A stretch of DNA of 64,000 nucleotides, from positions 500,328 through 564,327 of the forward strand of contig JAHQWG010000016.1 in assembly GCA_029856045.1 (NCBI GenBank). The letters run 5' to 3'. Made by a program: the position numbers and the translations under genes. This document shows positions 50,096 through 60,587 of the stretch, piece after piece. The stretch is from Promethearchaeia archaeon (lineage in GTDB: Archaea > Asgardarchaeota > Lokiarchaeia > Sigyniarchaeales > SOKP01). Each line of letters opens with the position of its first letter. The first letter of the stretch is position 1. A model generated the notes under the pieces. That model made no database searches, was not told the DNA's origin, and saw only the letters and a program-made list of their open reading frames with translations.

Positions 50096-50521
50096 TTGAG
50101 CGAAGATAAACTCAAGGAATTTTTAAGTAAAATAACAAATCCTAAGAATGACCTACCTTATTATTTGAATATCTTAGTCAAAACAGGTAAGAAATTATTT
50201 GATTTTAAAATAAAAAAATTGTCTTCAAATATTCTTAAGCTTACAGCGCATGATGAGAAAGGTGGTTGGTTTGTACGCTCTTATCATATTCCTCTAGATA
50301 ATTTAGTTCTTACATTAGATTCGAAAAAAAAAGAAGTTTTAAGATTATTAAATGAGCCAAAACAAGTTTTTAATCGAGATACAAGAGAAATATTAGAAGA
50401 TATTTTAAGAAGATATGAGGAAATACTTCAAGGAAGTGGAATAGGGAAATTTAATTTTAAAACTTCACGCTTTAAAAAAAAGAAAGAGTGGAAAATGGGA
50501 GTTCAAAAGAAAGGTTTTTGA
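50096..50521 (+). CDS. Hypothetical basic protein
   Basis: 141-aa ORF with TTG start; no motif recognised. Confidence 0.7.
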   Translation: MSEDKLKEFLSKITNPKNDLPYYLNILVKTGKKLFDFKIKKLSSNILKLTAHDEKGGWFVRSYHIPLDNLVLTLDSKKKEVLRLLNEPKQVFNRDTREILEDILRRYEEILQGSGIGKFNFKTSRFKKKKEWKMGVQKKGF

Positions 50522-50525
50522 ATTT

Positions 50526-50864
50526 TCATCTAATTTTGCTTCCAGGCGGAACTAAATCTTTTTTATCTTCCTCTAATTTAAGTAGAAATGGTTTATCTTC
50601 CACATCTGCCGCTAATACCATGCCATTAGATTGAACTCCCATTAATTTTCTCGGTTTTAAATTCAGGAGTACCACGACTTTTTGACCGATAAGCTCTTCG
50701 GGAGTATAATTTTGAGCCATGCCTGCAACTATTTGACGATGTTGGTCTTCCCCACAATCAATCATCATTGTTAATAAATTTCTCGATTTGGGGATTCTTT
50801 CACATTCTTTAATTAGACCTATTCGAAGATCTAGTTTCATAAATTCTTCATAAGTTACTTCCAT
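50526..50864 (-). CDS. Stand-alone tRNA-binding OB-fold (MetG C-terminal/Trbp111-like)
   Basis: F.KLDLRIG.I, RQIVAG, NLKPRKLMGV.S.GMVLAA, PGSKIR. Confidence 0.92.
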   Translation of the reverse strand: MEVTYEEFMKLDLRIGLIKECERIPKSRNLLTMMIDCGEDQHRQIVAGMAQNYTPEELIGQKVVVLLNLKPRKLMGVQSNGMVLAADVEDKPFLLKLEEDKKDLVPPGSKIR

Positions 50865-50893
50865 AACTACAACCTTTTATTATTTAAATAAAA

Positions 50894-51745
50894 TTATATA
50901 GATTTTATTGGTAAATCTGATAAATCGACCTTTTCTGCTTTTTCGGGTTTTTTTGCTTGATAAGGGTTTTCAATTTCTTGAATCCTTCGAGCAAATGTTA
51001 AATATCCAGTATGACCAACCATTCTTGTTGTTGGTCTGGTTGCATTTTCTTTTACAATAATTTTTCTTTTAATTAATTCAAAGGTATTTATGTCATAAAA
51101 ATCCTCTTCTTCCAAGGCTAATACGGTTTTTTTAACTTGTTCTATCGTAGGAGAAAATGAACATAGAACTCCGCTCAATCTCAGAAAACTCTTCACTTTT
51201 TTAACCGCTAACCATGGAGTTGCAAGATCTAAAACAATAGCATCAAGATCACTGTGGTCAACATCTATTAAAATATCGCCATATTCAATCGAAACAAAAT
51301 CTTCTAAGTGAGCTTTTTGAACATTATTTCTTGCTTGTTTTAATGATTTCTCTCTTATATCATACGAATAAACATGACCATTAGGTTTAATATAATTACC
51401 TAAGATACATGTTAAAGCTCCAGAGCCTGTTCCTGCTTCTAAAACTAAAGATCCGGGACCAATCCCAGTATACATCAAAATTAATCCACAATCTTCGGGA
51501 TAAAGAATTTGTGTAGTTCTCCCCATTTTGATAATAAAATCACTTGGCAGTGGCTTAAAAACTCTCATTTTAAACCCTTGAGGCTTTGTGAAGATACAAG
51601 TTCCATATTGTTTTCCAATTATGTCATCAAAATAGACTTTTCCCTTATGAGTAGCAAAATTCTCACCTTGTCGAACTTTTAATAACCATTTCCTTTTTCT
51701 ATCATACATAAGTAAGATATGGTCAGAATCCTTAATTATATTCAA
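50894..51745 (-). CDS. trmI: tRNA (adenine-57/58-N1) methyltransferase
   Basis: THKG, TQILYP.D, EAGTGSG, LDLATPW, FSP.IEQ, GHTGYL. Confidence 0.95.
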   Translation of the reverse strand: MNIIKDSDHILLMYDRKRKWLLKVRQGENFATHKGKVYFDDIIGKQYGTCIFTKPQGFKMRVFKPLPSDFIIKMGRTTQILYPEDCGLILMYTGIGPGSLVLEAGTGSGALTCILGNYIKPNGHVYSYDIREKSLKQARNNVQKAHLEDFVSIEYGDILIDVDHSDLDAIVLDLATPWLAVKKVKSFLRLSGVLCSFSPTIEQVKKTVLALEEEDFYDINTFELIKRKIIVKENATRPTTRMVGHTGYLTFARRIQEIENPYQAKKPEKAEKVDLSDLPIKSI

Positions 51746-51893
51746 ATTTAGGTCGATTTATTATTTTATTTTTATATTATTTAATTGTTAGGTTTTGTAA
51801 TGGTTTAAATTTTTTCAATATTTTAATAATCATATACTCAATCTATACTTATAGAATTGAAAATAAAATTCAAATTCACTATTAAGTCAATAT

Positions 51894-52136
51894 ATGGAAA
51901 ACATCAAAAATATCAAAGTCATTAAGGCTTCAAATTTATTAGGCCTTCAATGTTATGATATTACCACCGGAAACATCATCGGTAAGGTTATTGATCTCAA
52001 TTATAATCCCCAATCTGGTAAAATTGAGGATATACAAATTAAATTGGCTAAAAAAATAGAAGATAAAAAAAAATTAATTGTAAATTTTAACAAAGTCACA
52101 ACCATTGGAGATATTTTATTGATTGATTTGTTCTAA
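51894..52136 (+). CDS. PRC-barrel domain protein
   Basis: AS.LLG...Y...G..IGKV.D...GKI...V..IGDILLI. Confidence 0.85.
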   Translation: MENIKNIKVIKASNLLGLQCYDITTGNIIGKVIDLNYNPQSGKIEDIQIKLAKKIEDKKKLIVNFNKVTTIGDILLIDLF

Positions 52137-52244
52137 TAATTTTATTCTCAAATAATAATTTGTAAAATTTAAAAAATAATGGAAAATTCTTTCACAATAG
52201 AGAATGCAAATTTTTTCTTTTTCTGATTAAAGGTATTTTAATAA

Positions 52245-53132
52245 ATGAGTAAAAACAATTCTCGTAAGCAGTCGCAACAACTCTCATTCGGTGAAATTCA
52301 GTCTCAAGCAGAGGACTACAAAAGACTTCGCGACGAACACAATATTAAAACCAAAGAACTATTTAAATATCTTAATTCAACAAATAAAGAGATTGAACAA
52401 TACAGAAAAGAGGCAAAAGATTTAAGGAAAAATAGAGACGAAATAAATCAAAAGATAAAATCGATAAAAAAAAAGAAGTATGAATTAATAGATAAAATCA
52501 AGGAACTTAAAAATAAAAGAAATAATCTGAAAAATAAAGACAAAGCTAATGGTAATAATTATTCATTAATAAAAAAATATGAAGCAGAAACTGAATATTT
52601 AGAAAGAAGTATTGAAACTGATCAATTAACCATTAAAGAAGAGAATCGTATAATTGAACGAATTACTGAATTAGGGGAAAAAGGGAAGGAATTATTAAAA
52701 TATATGGAAGAAAACGACGAATTATTTCAAATCGAAAAGGATATTGAATCTATTGAAATCGAGCTGGATAATATTAAAGAAAATTTTGACGTTTTATCAA
52801 AAGAATCTCAAGAATACCATGAGAAAATGGTAACACTCTATAAAGAAATAGATTACACTAATGATCAGAGGAAGATTAAAGAAGAAGAATTAATCAACAA
52901 TAAAGTAAAAGCGGATGAATACCATGAATTATTTATAAAAATGCTAAATCAAAAGAAGAGAGTTAGGAAACCAAAAAAACCCTACGCTTATAAGAAACAA
53001 ATGGAAAGAAAAACAATAGAAAATGAAATTATTAAAAAAAATTTAGCTACTGCTATTGAAAAACAAAAGAAGGGGGAAAGGTTGAGTATGTTTGAAGCAC
53101 GCCTCTTATTAGAGAAAGGATCTAAAGAATAA
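52245..53132 (+). CDS. Archaeal coiled-coil protein (COG1340-like)
   Basis: RDE.N repeats, T..L....E..II..I..L, SQEYHE.M, ADEYHE, K.GERLS..E. Confidence 0.85.
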   Translation: MSKNNSRKQSQQLSFGEIQSQAEDYKRLRDEHNIKTKELFKYLNSTNKEIEQYRKEAKDLRKNRDEINQKIKSIKKKKYELIDKIKELKNKRNNLKNKDKANGNNYSLIKKYEAETEYLERSIETDQLTIKEENRIIERITELGEKGKELLKYMEENDELFQIEKDIESIEIELDNIKENFDVLSKESQEYHEKMVTLYKEIDYTNDQRKIKEEELINNKVKADEYHELFIKMLNQKKRVRKPKKPYAYKKQMERKTIENEIIKKNLATAIEKQKKGERLSMFEARLLLEKGSKE

Positions 53133-53311
53133 TAAAAATATTCTTTTAGGCAATTTGCATCTTTTTTTAAGAAATTACCCATAATTGGAATTTATTTAAT
53201 AAAATTGTGAGTTTGATAATTAAAAATTTTAAGGATAAACTTTAATTTCAGTTTTACTTATTCTTAAAAAATTATTTATCCATTTAAAAAAACGAAGGAA
53301 TTGAGTTATTT

Positions 53312-54640
53312 TTGAAAAAAACAATTGAAAATATAAGAAATATTTTGCAAACTCATCATGAGTTATTTCAAAATTCCATCCCTCTGATTGCTTCTGAAAA
53401 TATTACAAGCCCTGCTGTGAAGGAAGCATGTACTTGCGACTTCTCTCACAGATATGCAGAGGGTTGGAGTGGACAACGTGTTTATGCTGGCTGTAAATAC
53501 ATTGATGAAATTGAAGATTTATGTATGGAGCTTGCCAGAAAGTTTTTTAAAGTAAAATTTGCTGATGTAAGACCAATATCTGGTGTAGTTGCTAATTTAG
53601 CGTTATATAATGCATTTACATCTCGTAACAATGGGAAAATGATGGTAATGCCAATTCCTAAGGGTGGTCATATCAGTCACGCACCCATGTTTACCAAATC
53701 AGGTATGCAAATCAATGGAACAGCAGGAACTGTTCGAGGATTAGAGATTGAATATTTTAAATTTGATCAAGACAAGATGAATCTAGACATAGATGGTTCT
53801 GCTGAGTTAATGAGAGAATTTAAGCCCGAATTAATTCTTTTTGGAGGATCTGTTTTCTTATTTCCACACCCGGTAAAGGAGTTAAGTGAAGTCGCAAAAG
53901 AAATAGGAGCTCATGTTGCATACGATGCCGCACATGTTGCTGGATTGATTGGTGCTGGATTCTTTCAAGACCCACTACGCGAAGGAGCTGAAGTAATGAG
54001 TTTAAGCACTCATAAAACACTTCCTGGACCTCAACATGGTATGGTTGTAGCTGATGATGAAAATCTTGTTGAAAATTTGAAATTCTCAGCATTTCCGGCA
54101 TTATTGTCAAATCATCATCTACATAACGTTGCTGGGTTAGCCGTAACATTAGCTGAAATGATTGAATTTGGTAAAGAATATTGTGGACAAGTAATAAAGA
54201 ATGCGAAGGCATTAGGTAAAAAATTATATGATAAAGGGATCAATGTTCTTCAAAAAGAAAATGATTTTACTGCTTCACATCAAATTGTTGTAGATATTAC
54301 TAGTTTTGAAAAAACAGTAGGCTTAGGTGGAGATATTGAAAAACTTTTAGAAAGAGCCAATATTATTCTCAATCGAAATCTTCTTCCATGGGATATTATG
54401 CAAGGAAGGCATTACCAGAATCCTGGAGGATTACGTATAGGAACATCAGAAATTACCCGTTTGGGAATGAAAGAAAAGGAAATGGACCAAATAGCTGTAT
54501 TTATAAAACAAGTTCTCATCGATAAAAAAGACCCAAAAAAAGTAAAAGAAGAGATTAAAGAGTTTCGGAAAGATTTTCAAGAAGTAAAATATTGTTTCCA
54601 ATCACCCAATGAAGCATATGAATATTACAAGTTATATTAA
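53312..54640 (+). CDS. glyA: Serine hydroxymethyltransferase
   Basis: LIASEN, YAEG, GGHISH, YDAAHVAGL, STHKTLPGPQ, GLRIGT. Confidence 0.96.
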   Translation: MKKTIENIRNILQTHHELFQNSIPLIASENITSPAVKEACTCDFSHRYAEGWSGQRVYAGCKYIDEIEDLCMELARKFFKVKFADVRPISGVVANLALYNAFTSRNNGKMMVMPIPKGGHISHAPMFTKSGMQINGTAGTVRGLEIEYFKFDQDKMNLDIDGSAELMREFKPELILFGGSVFLFPHPVKELSEVAKEIGAHVAYDAAHVAGLIGAGFFQDPLREGAEVMSLSTHKTLPGPQHGMVVADDENLVENLKFSAFPALLSNHHLHNVAGLAVTLAEMIEFGKEYCGQVIKNAKALGKKLYDKGINVLQKENDFTASHQIVVDITSFEKTVGLGGDIEKLLERANIILNRNLLPWDIMQGRHYQNPGGLRIGTSEITRLGMKEKEMDQIAVFIKQVLIDKKDPKKVKEEIKEFRKDFQEVKYCFQSPNEAYEYYKLY

Positions 54641-54642
54641 AC

Positions 54643-54663
54643 TTTTTTTTTCAATTTTTTTTT
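54643..54663 (+). terminator. Oligo-T tract after glyA
   Basis: T9-CAA-T9 directly after the stop codon. Confidence 0.5.
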
Positions 54664-54790
54664 CGATTATTGTTAATAGAGAATTTCTTTAATAGCTGTG
54701 AAATTGAAGAGTTCTAAACCGAAATAAAAAAGAAATTTTAAAATAGTAGTTGAATTTTTAATTGTAATTAAAAAAAGTTGGTTATTTGAA

Positions 54791-55237
54791 ATGAAATTAA
54801 AAAAAGAACAATTTAAAATTTACAACTTTTTTATTCTACTAATAAATTTTATAACAATAATTCTTGGGATCATATATTTTACTTACCCAATTTACACAAT
54901 ACTGTGGGATATTCTCGGAATTATAATTATAATCGCTTGGTTTGGGACTTTTGGGCTAGTTTTTATTAATGATCTAATTCTCATAAAGACTGACAAGATT
55001 GGTAAAAAAATCAATCATTTCTGTTATTACTGTCTTGCATTTTATGTTTTAGCTTGGATTTTCTTATTAATAAACACCGGTTTATTAAGTATAGTTCACA
55101 CTGCGGATATGGCTATGTTTACAATACTTGGTCTTATAACTTACATTGGGTTTTTCGGTATGGCTCTTTTTGGGATGTATTTAGCTTATCTTGATATTAA
55201 GTATCTAGAGAATCGAGATGTATGGAATCTTGAATAA
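54791..55237 (+). CDS. Four-TM membrane protein
   Basis: Four hydrophobic segments; overlaps the next ORF. Confidence 0.75.
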   Translation: MKLKKEQFKIYNFFILLINFITIILGIIYFTYPIYTILWDILGIIIIIAWFGTFGLVFINDLILIKTDKIGKKINHFCYYCLAFYVLAWIFLLINTGLLSIVHTADMAMFTILGLITYIGFFGMALFGMYLAYLDIKYLENRDVWNLE

Positions 55238-56507
55238 ATTAGGGATTGTAAAGATCATTTTAGCAATTCTCTGCGCTTTAGCATTTATCATAGGGATTTT
55301 TTCCGTTTTTCAGATATATGTGGGCGGGACGGATGCAATTTCTCGAGTTGCTAATTGGTTTATGGCACAAATTGGAGAATTTCTCTTATTCATCGTGATT
55401 GCTGCAACATTTATTTTATTAAAATTAACAGGTAAAAAAAATCATCCAAAAATATATTTTGCGATTATGATAATTGGCTTTTTAATTGCAGGATTAAACT
55501 CAGTACCACTTCTTTTAACACCGGTCTCAATTTCTAATGCAAATGTCGAATTTAACGCAGGATTTGGTGAAAATTGGGAATCGACAATTCCAGATGATGT
55601 TAAACCGTTTTTTATGCCTTCGCCTTTTAATATTCCACAACAATTTTTAGGAGTTCCACATAAAGAATGCCAGATCATAGAAAATGTACTATATTATGAA
55701 GATCCTGATGAGAAAGTTTCCCTATATTTCGATGTATATATGCCTAAGGAACCTGATGAAAATTTACCGGGGAATAGGAGCACAATCATAAAAATTCACG
55801 GAGGATCTTGGGTTGCGGGAGATAAAAGTACTGGCAATATGCCAGTTGTAAATAAATATCTTGCAGCTCAGGGATATGTAGTATTTGATATTCAGTATGG
55901 CTTAAGAGATACAGGTTCATTAGGTGCATTGGCAATTATTACACCAGAAAACGTTATTGGGAATTATACTTTTATTGATATGGTTAATCAAATTGGAATT
56001 TTCACGAAACTCTTAGAAAACAATTATGCTGCAGAATATAATGCAAATCTTGAAAGTGTTTATATTATGGGAGGTTCTGCAGGAGGTCATTTAACCTGTG
56101 TTACTGGATTTGGTTATAATGAGGATTATTTTAATGGAACTTTTAGTGAAAACATAAATATAAAAGGAATAATTCCGCTATATCCTCCAAGTAGTATTTC
56201 TTGGGCTGGAGCGAGTGGACTTTTACCAGGTAGTCCTGAAACTGACCCCGAACTATTCGATAAATATTCACCAACCGCGAATATCGATTCTAATGACCCT
56301 CCATGTCTGATTTACCAAGGTACAGGTGATAAACTTGTTGATGTTTCTAATTCTATTGAAATTAAAAGTAGGTGCGACAATGTGGGAGTAACATGCTGTA
56401 ATTTATTATTTCCCCTAGCGGGACATGCAAGTGATATATTTTTTAATACAAATTTTGGTCAAGTCTGGTTGTATTATTTAGAACGATTCTTATTTTTGAC
56501 CCAGTAA
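55218..56507 (+). CDS. Membrane-anchored alpha/beta hydrolase (HSL/BD-FAE-like esterase)
   Basis: HGGSW, GGSAGG nucleophile elbow, G..D.LV, GH; about 3 N-terminal TM helices. Confidence 0.88.
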   Translation: MYGILNKLGIVKIILAILCALAFIIGIFSVFQIYVGGTDAISRVANWFMAQIGEFLLFIVIAATFILLKLTGKKNHPKIYFAIMIIGFLIAGLNSVPLLLTPVSISNANVEFNAGFGENWESTIPDDVKPFFMPSPFNIPQQFLGVPHKECQIIENVLYYEDPDEKVSLYFDVYMPKEPDENLPGNRSTIIKIHGGSWVAGDKSTGNMPVVNKYLAAQGYVVFDIQYGLRDTGSLGALAIITPENVIGNYTFIDMVNQIGIFTKLLENNYAAEYNANLESVYIMGGSAGGHLTCVTGFGYNEDYFNGTFSENINIKGIIPLYPPSSISWAGASGLLPGSPETDPELFDKYSPTANIDSNDPPCLIYQGTGDKLVDVSNSIEIKSRCDNVGVTCCNLLFPLAGHASDIFFNTNFGQVWLYYLERFLFLTQ

Positions 56508-56631
56508 AGAAAAAAATAATTTTTACATTTTTTTTTCGCATTTTAAGTCAGTTCAACAGAAGCTTAAATGAATAAATTAGTAAAAAAACCACAAATTTTA
56601 TCTTTATTGCCACTTTTACAATACTTATAAT

Positions 56632-57468
56632 ATGAGTATTGAAATTATAGAAAAGGACGATCGTCTTTATCGTTTTGTACTTTCGACATCGATTGAAATG
56701 GCTAATGCCTTCAGGAGAATAATCTTAATTGAAGTTCCTGTAATGGCAATTGATGAAGTAATAATGTTAAGGAATGATAGTCCACTTTACGATGAAATTC
56801 TTACACATAGACTTGCAATGATTCCAATAATTACAGACCTAAAAAATTATAATTTTCAACAAGAATGTTCTTGTGGAGGTGCCGGGTGCTCATTATGTTC
56901 AGTTACGTTGACATGTGATATAAAAAACGATACAGGTGAAATCATTCTCGTCACCTCGGGAGATTTAATCTCAAATGATCCAAAAATTGTCCCAGTAAGT
57001 CCTAATATACCAATTGTAAAATTAGAACATGGTTCTTCATTAACATTTGAAGCATTTGCATTATTAGGAAGGGCTAAAGACCACGCTAAATTCCAAAGTG
57101 TTGCGGCTATTGGATACAAATTTTATCCTAAAATTAAAATTGATGAAAATAAATGTAAAAAATGTGTTCAAAAATGTATAGCTTCACAATATTGCCCAAA
57201 AAACTTATTCAAAGTTGGAACTGAAGTAAGCAGTCCTAAATTAATTCCAGATTTTTGGAAATATTGCGATTTGTGTGAATCATGTTCACGTGAATGTCCT
57301 GAAGGGGCTATTAATGTCGAATATGATGATAATAAGTTTATTTTTTCAATTGAATCTGATGGAGTTCTCCCATTAGATACTATTATGAAAAAAGGTTGGG
57401 AAATATTTAAAGAAAAAATTGATGATTTTAAAGATCAATTAGAAAAATTAGAAATAGAAATAATCTGA
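56632..57468 (+). CDS. rpoD: DNA-directed RNA polymerase subunit D (Rpo3)
   Basis: ANAFRR...EVP.MAID, NDS.LYDE.L.HRL..IP, HAKFQ; Zn and ferredoxin-like Cys motifs. Confidence 0.95.
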   Translation: MSIEIIEKDDRLYRFVLSTSIEMANAFRRIILIEVPVMAIDEVIMLRNDSPLYDEILTHRLAMIPIITDLKNYNFQQECSCGGAGCSLCSVTLTCDIKNDTGEIILVTSGDLISNDPKIVPVSPNIPIVKLEHGSSLTFEAFALLGRAKDHAKFQSVAAIGYKFYPKIKIDENKCKKCVQKCIASQYCPKNLFKVGTEVSSPKLIPDFWKYCDLCESCSRECPEGAINVEYDDNKFIFSIESDGVLPLDTIMKKGWEIFKEKIDDFKDQLEKLEIEII

Positions 57469-57545
57469 TTACCAAAGATATATATTCATAAATTTAAAAA
57501 ATAATGCTAAATATTAAAGTTCATAAATTTTAAGGGAATAATATT

Positions 57546-57908
57546 ATGTCTCATAAACCAACCGGTCCAAGTGATTATTATACTAGGAAAATAGCTCGAA
57601 CTCTCTGGAAAACTAAGAGAAGGATCTGGAAGGATGTTTCTAAAAGAATTACTAAGCCAAAAAAGAATAAAGTAGAAATAAATCTCTATAAGATTAATAA
57701 TAAGACTAAAAACGGAGATTTAATTATTGTTCCCGGGAAAATTCTTGGTATGGGAAGTCTGGACCACACGGTAATAATTGCATGTTTAAAGGCTTCGAAA
57801 TCAGCTAAAAAAATTGTCGAAAATTCATCAACTGAAAGTAAAATTATATCTATTGAAGAGTTATTAGAGAAGAATCCTAGCGGTTCCAACGTGAAAATAA
57901 TTGTTTAA
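57546..57908 (+). CDS. rpl18e: 50S ribosomal protein L18e
   Basis: IW..V...I.KP, INL.KIN, VPGKILG.G, NP.GSNVKII. Confidence 0.93.
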   Translation: MSHKPTGPSDYYTRKIARTLWKTKRRIWKDVSKRITKPKKNKVEINLYKINNKTKNGDLIIVPGKILGMGSLDHTVIIACLKASKSAKKIVENSSTESKIISIEELLEKNPSGSNVKIIV

Positions 57909-57928
57909 ATGCAAAAAATGAATCCATA

Positions 57929-58390
57929 ATGGTTGAATATAAATTAATAGATGTAAAAGATAAAATACTTGGAAGAGCTTGCACTCAAATCGCAAAAAGG
58001 GCGCTCTTAGGGGAATATATTATCGTCATTAATGCAAAAGACTGTGTGATTTCAGGCAAAAAAGATCAAATTCAAAAGAAATATCTAGAGAAGCTTAATA
58101 TTCATACTGCTACAAATCCTAGGCGCGGTCCTTTTTGGCCGAGACGTCCGGATCGTTTTTTTAGAAAAATTGTTTGGGGCATGCTCCCAAGAAATAGAAG
58201 AGGTCGGGATGCATTAGCGAGAATTCATGTTTATATTTCAGATGTTCCTGAACGATTTAAACATCGATATCAAAAATTAACTCCGCTTGATATACAAAAT
58301 GCCGACGTTTCTCGATTGCAAAATAAATTTATTCATCTTGAAACTATATGCTCTCGAATTGGATGGAAAAATAAAGAGGTTGAGATTTAA
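57929..58390 (+). CDS. rpl13: 50S ribosomal protein L13
   Basis: ILGR...IAK, NP.RGPF.PRRP, V.GMLP. Confidence 0.95.
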   Translation: MVEYKLIDVKDKILGRACTQIAKRALLGEYIIVINAKDCVISGKKDQIQKKYLEKLNIHTATNPRRGPFWPRRPDRFFRKIVWGMLPRNRRGRDALARIHVYISDVPERFKHRYQKLTPLDIQNADVSRLQNKFIHLETICSRIGWKNKEVEI

Positions 58391-58394
58391 ATAA

Positions 58395-58802
58395 ATGGTT
58401 AAATATATTAATGCATCAGGTAAAAGAAAAACTGCAATTGCTCGAGCTGTTTTAAATACCGAAGGAAAGGGAATAGTTAATATAAATTCTGTTCCACTAG
58501 AAGCACACAAACCGAGTATTGCTAAAGAACGGATTAAAGAATTATTTAAAATCCTTGATGAACCAAAACTTAAAGAAGTTGATATTAAAGTAAAAGTTAA
58601 ATCTGGTGGAATAATGGCTCAAACTGATGCTATTAGAATGGCTTTAGCAAGAGTGATTTATAAATATTTAAGACGCAAAAACACTGCCAATTTATTTAAA
58701 GAATATGATAGTTCATTATTAAGTGGAGACAGTCGAAGGAAAGAGTCAAAGAAATTCGGAGGGAAGGGAGCGAGAGCAAGACGCCAAAAATCTTTCCGAT
58801 AA
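58395..58802 (+). CDS. rps9: 30S ribosomal protein S9
   Basis: GKRKTAIARA, GG...Q..A.R, D.RRKESKKFGG.GARARRQKSFR. Confidence 0.96.
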   Translation: MVKYINASGKRKTAIARAVLNTEGKGIVNINSVPLEAHKPSIAKERIKELFKILDEPKLKEVDIKVKVKSGGIMAQTDAIRMALARVIYKYLRRKNTANLFKEYDSSLLSGDSRRKESKKFGGKGARARRQKSFR

Positions 58803-58807
58803 TTATT

Positions 58808-60130
58808 CTATTTTATTTTAAAGTGTGCTCCTAATTTTTGCAAATCCTCTATAAATGTTGGATAAGAATCTTCAATGATCTCTACATTTGAGATATGGGA
58901 GTTTGATTCTGCAAACATTGCGGCAATAATTAATGCCATGGCTATTCGATGATCATCACCATGATTTAAATCTGCCCCGTTTAATTTTGTATTCTTTTTT
59001 AAAATTAATTCATCTTCTTTTTCTTCTAAATTTGCTCCCATTTTTTTCAATTCTCGTGATATCCCAGAAACTCTATCCGATTCTTTACTCCTAAGATTCT
59101 TGATATTATATAATTTCATAACTTTATTAGTGAAACAACCCATTACTGCTAGAATTGGAAATAAATCAGGAGTTTCTCTGCAATCAATTGAAATGTCTTC
59201 TGAAGAATTTCTATTTATTCCCCTTTTTATTTTAACCATCTTCTCATGAGGATTTATCAATATTTTGGCTCCCAGCTCGCTTAAATATGTAATTATTTCT
59301 CTATCACCTTGAGGACTAGTACTATCCAGATTATTAAAAATAACTTCAAGTTCATTCTCCACTAATGCTGCAGCTCCTAAAATATAAGCTGCCGATGAGA
59401 AATCTCCAGGAATATCATATATTTGACCACGATAGTACTGAGAACATGGAATTACTAAATTTCCCATTAAACTTTCTGAAATTTCTTGCTTAATTGTTAT
59501 TCCAGCTTGATCCAACATATCCAATGTTAAATAGATATATGGATGAGATGTAAGCGGGGAAGTTAACTCTATAATCGTAGCATCACTACCTTTACATTTC
59601 AATAGTGGTGTAATAAGTAGTAATGCTGTTATAAATTGAGAACTGACATCTCCCGGAAGTTTTATTTTTTTAGGAGTTACATTTACGGGTTTGATACTAA
59701 TTTCATCCTCACTAACCTCAATTTCTGCACCTAATTGTCTTATTGCTTCTAATAATGGTAAGATTGGACGTTTTTTTTTTAAAAATTCCCCTGATAGTCG
59801 AATTCCATTTTCCGTTAATAATCCCAGAACACATAGGATCCTAAAAGTTGTACCAGAATTTCTACAATCTATCGGCTTTTCGGGAGCAATAAGTTTGGCT
59901 TTATGAAAATCTATTAAAAATTTATTCTCCTTTTCTTTTAGAATTTTGACTCCTAAGCTTTTAAGAGCATTGATTGTTACCTCCACATCTCCTACTGTTA
60001 GAGGATTATTTATAACTGAAATTGACTCAGTTAACCCTGCAATAAAAAATGCTCTATGAGAATAACTTTTTGAGGGAGGAACTTTAATTTTGCCGCTTAA
60101 AGTTTTGATTGGAAATATTTCTAAGTCCAT
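58808..60130 (-). CDS. aroA: 3-phosphoshikimate 1-carboxyvinyltransferase
   Basis: PPSKS..HR, NSGTT.R, SSQFITALL, LR.KESDR, DHRIAM, SYP.F. Confidence 0.96.
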   Translation of the reverse strand: MDLEIFPIKTLSGKIKVPPSKSYSHRAFFIAGLTESISVINNPLTVGDVEVTINALKSLGVKILKEKENKFLIDFHKAKLIAPEKPIDCRNSGTTFRILCVLGLLTENGIRLSGEFLKKKRPILPLLEAIRQLGAEIEVSEDEISIKPVNVTPKKIKLPGDVSSQFITALLLITPLLKCKGSDATIIELTSPLTSHPYIYLTLDMLDQAGITIKQEISESLMGNLVIPCSQYYRGQIYDIPGDFSSAAYILGAAALVENELEVIFNNLDSTSPQGDREIITYLSELGAKILINPHEKMVKIKRGINRNSSEDISIDCRETPDLFPILAVMGCFTNKVMKLYNIKNLRSKESDRVSGISRELKKMGANLEEKEDELILKKNTKLNGADLNHGDDHRIAMALIIAAMFAESNSHISNVEIIEDSYPTFIEDLQKLGAHFKIK

Positions 60131-60223
60131 AATTTTATTAAGTATAAAAAAAGTAATTAAGATTTTTTAATATATACTATAATTTCAATTTACTACAACA
60201 AAAGCAAAAAAAAATAGTTTAAT

Positions 60224-60547
60224 TCATTCATCATCTTGAATAAATAATTTCAATTTTTGTAATATAGTCTCAGTTGTATCATATTCTTTATCCAAATCTG
60301 GAATTTTAATCTTTGGTTTAGACTTAGTCTCCTGTATTACAATTTCTACTCTTCTTCCTTTAAATTTGCGGTATATTTCCTCAAGCTTAGTATTTAATAT
60401 AGTTGCTTCCTTCTCGTCTATAAGAAAAAATAAAGTATCTTTAATCTTTTCCCATAATTTTTGGATCTTATCATCATTTTTTGCCCATTTTGAAATATCT
60501 CTCTTGATTAAAGTTCCTCTATATTTTAATATCTTTTTTCTGGCCAT
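60224..60547 (-). CDS. Hypothetical protein
   Basis: 107-aa ORF co-oriented with its neighbours. Confidence 0.65.
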   Translation of the reverse strand: MARKKILKYRGTLIKRDISKWAKNDDKIQKLWEKIKDTLFFLIDEKEATILNTKLEEIYRKFKGRRVEIVIQETKSKPKIKIPDLDKEYDTTETILQKLKLFIQDDE

Positions 60548-60587
60548 TATTTTTCGCTCTTCCGAGATTTTATTTTAATGTTAGATT

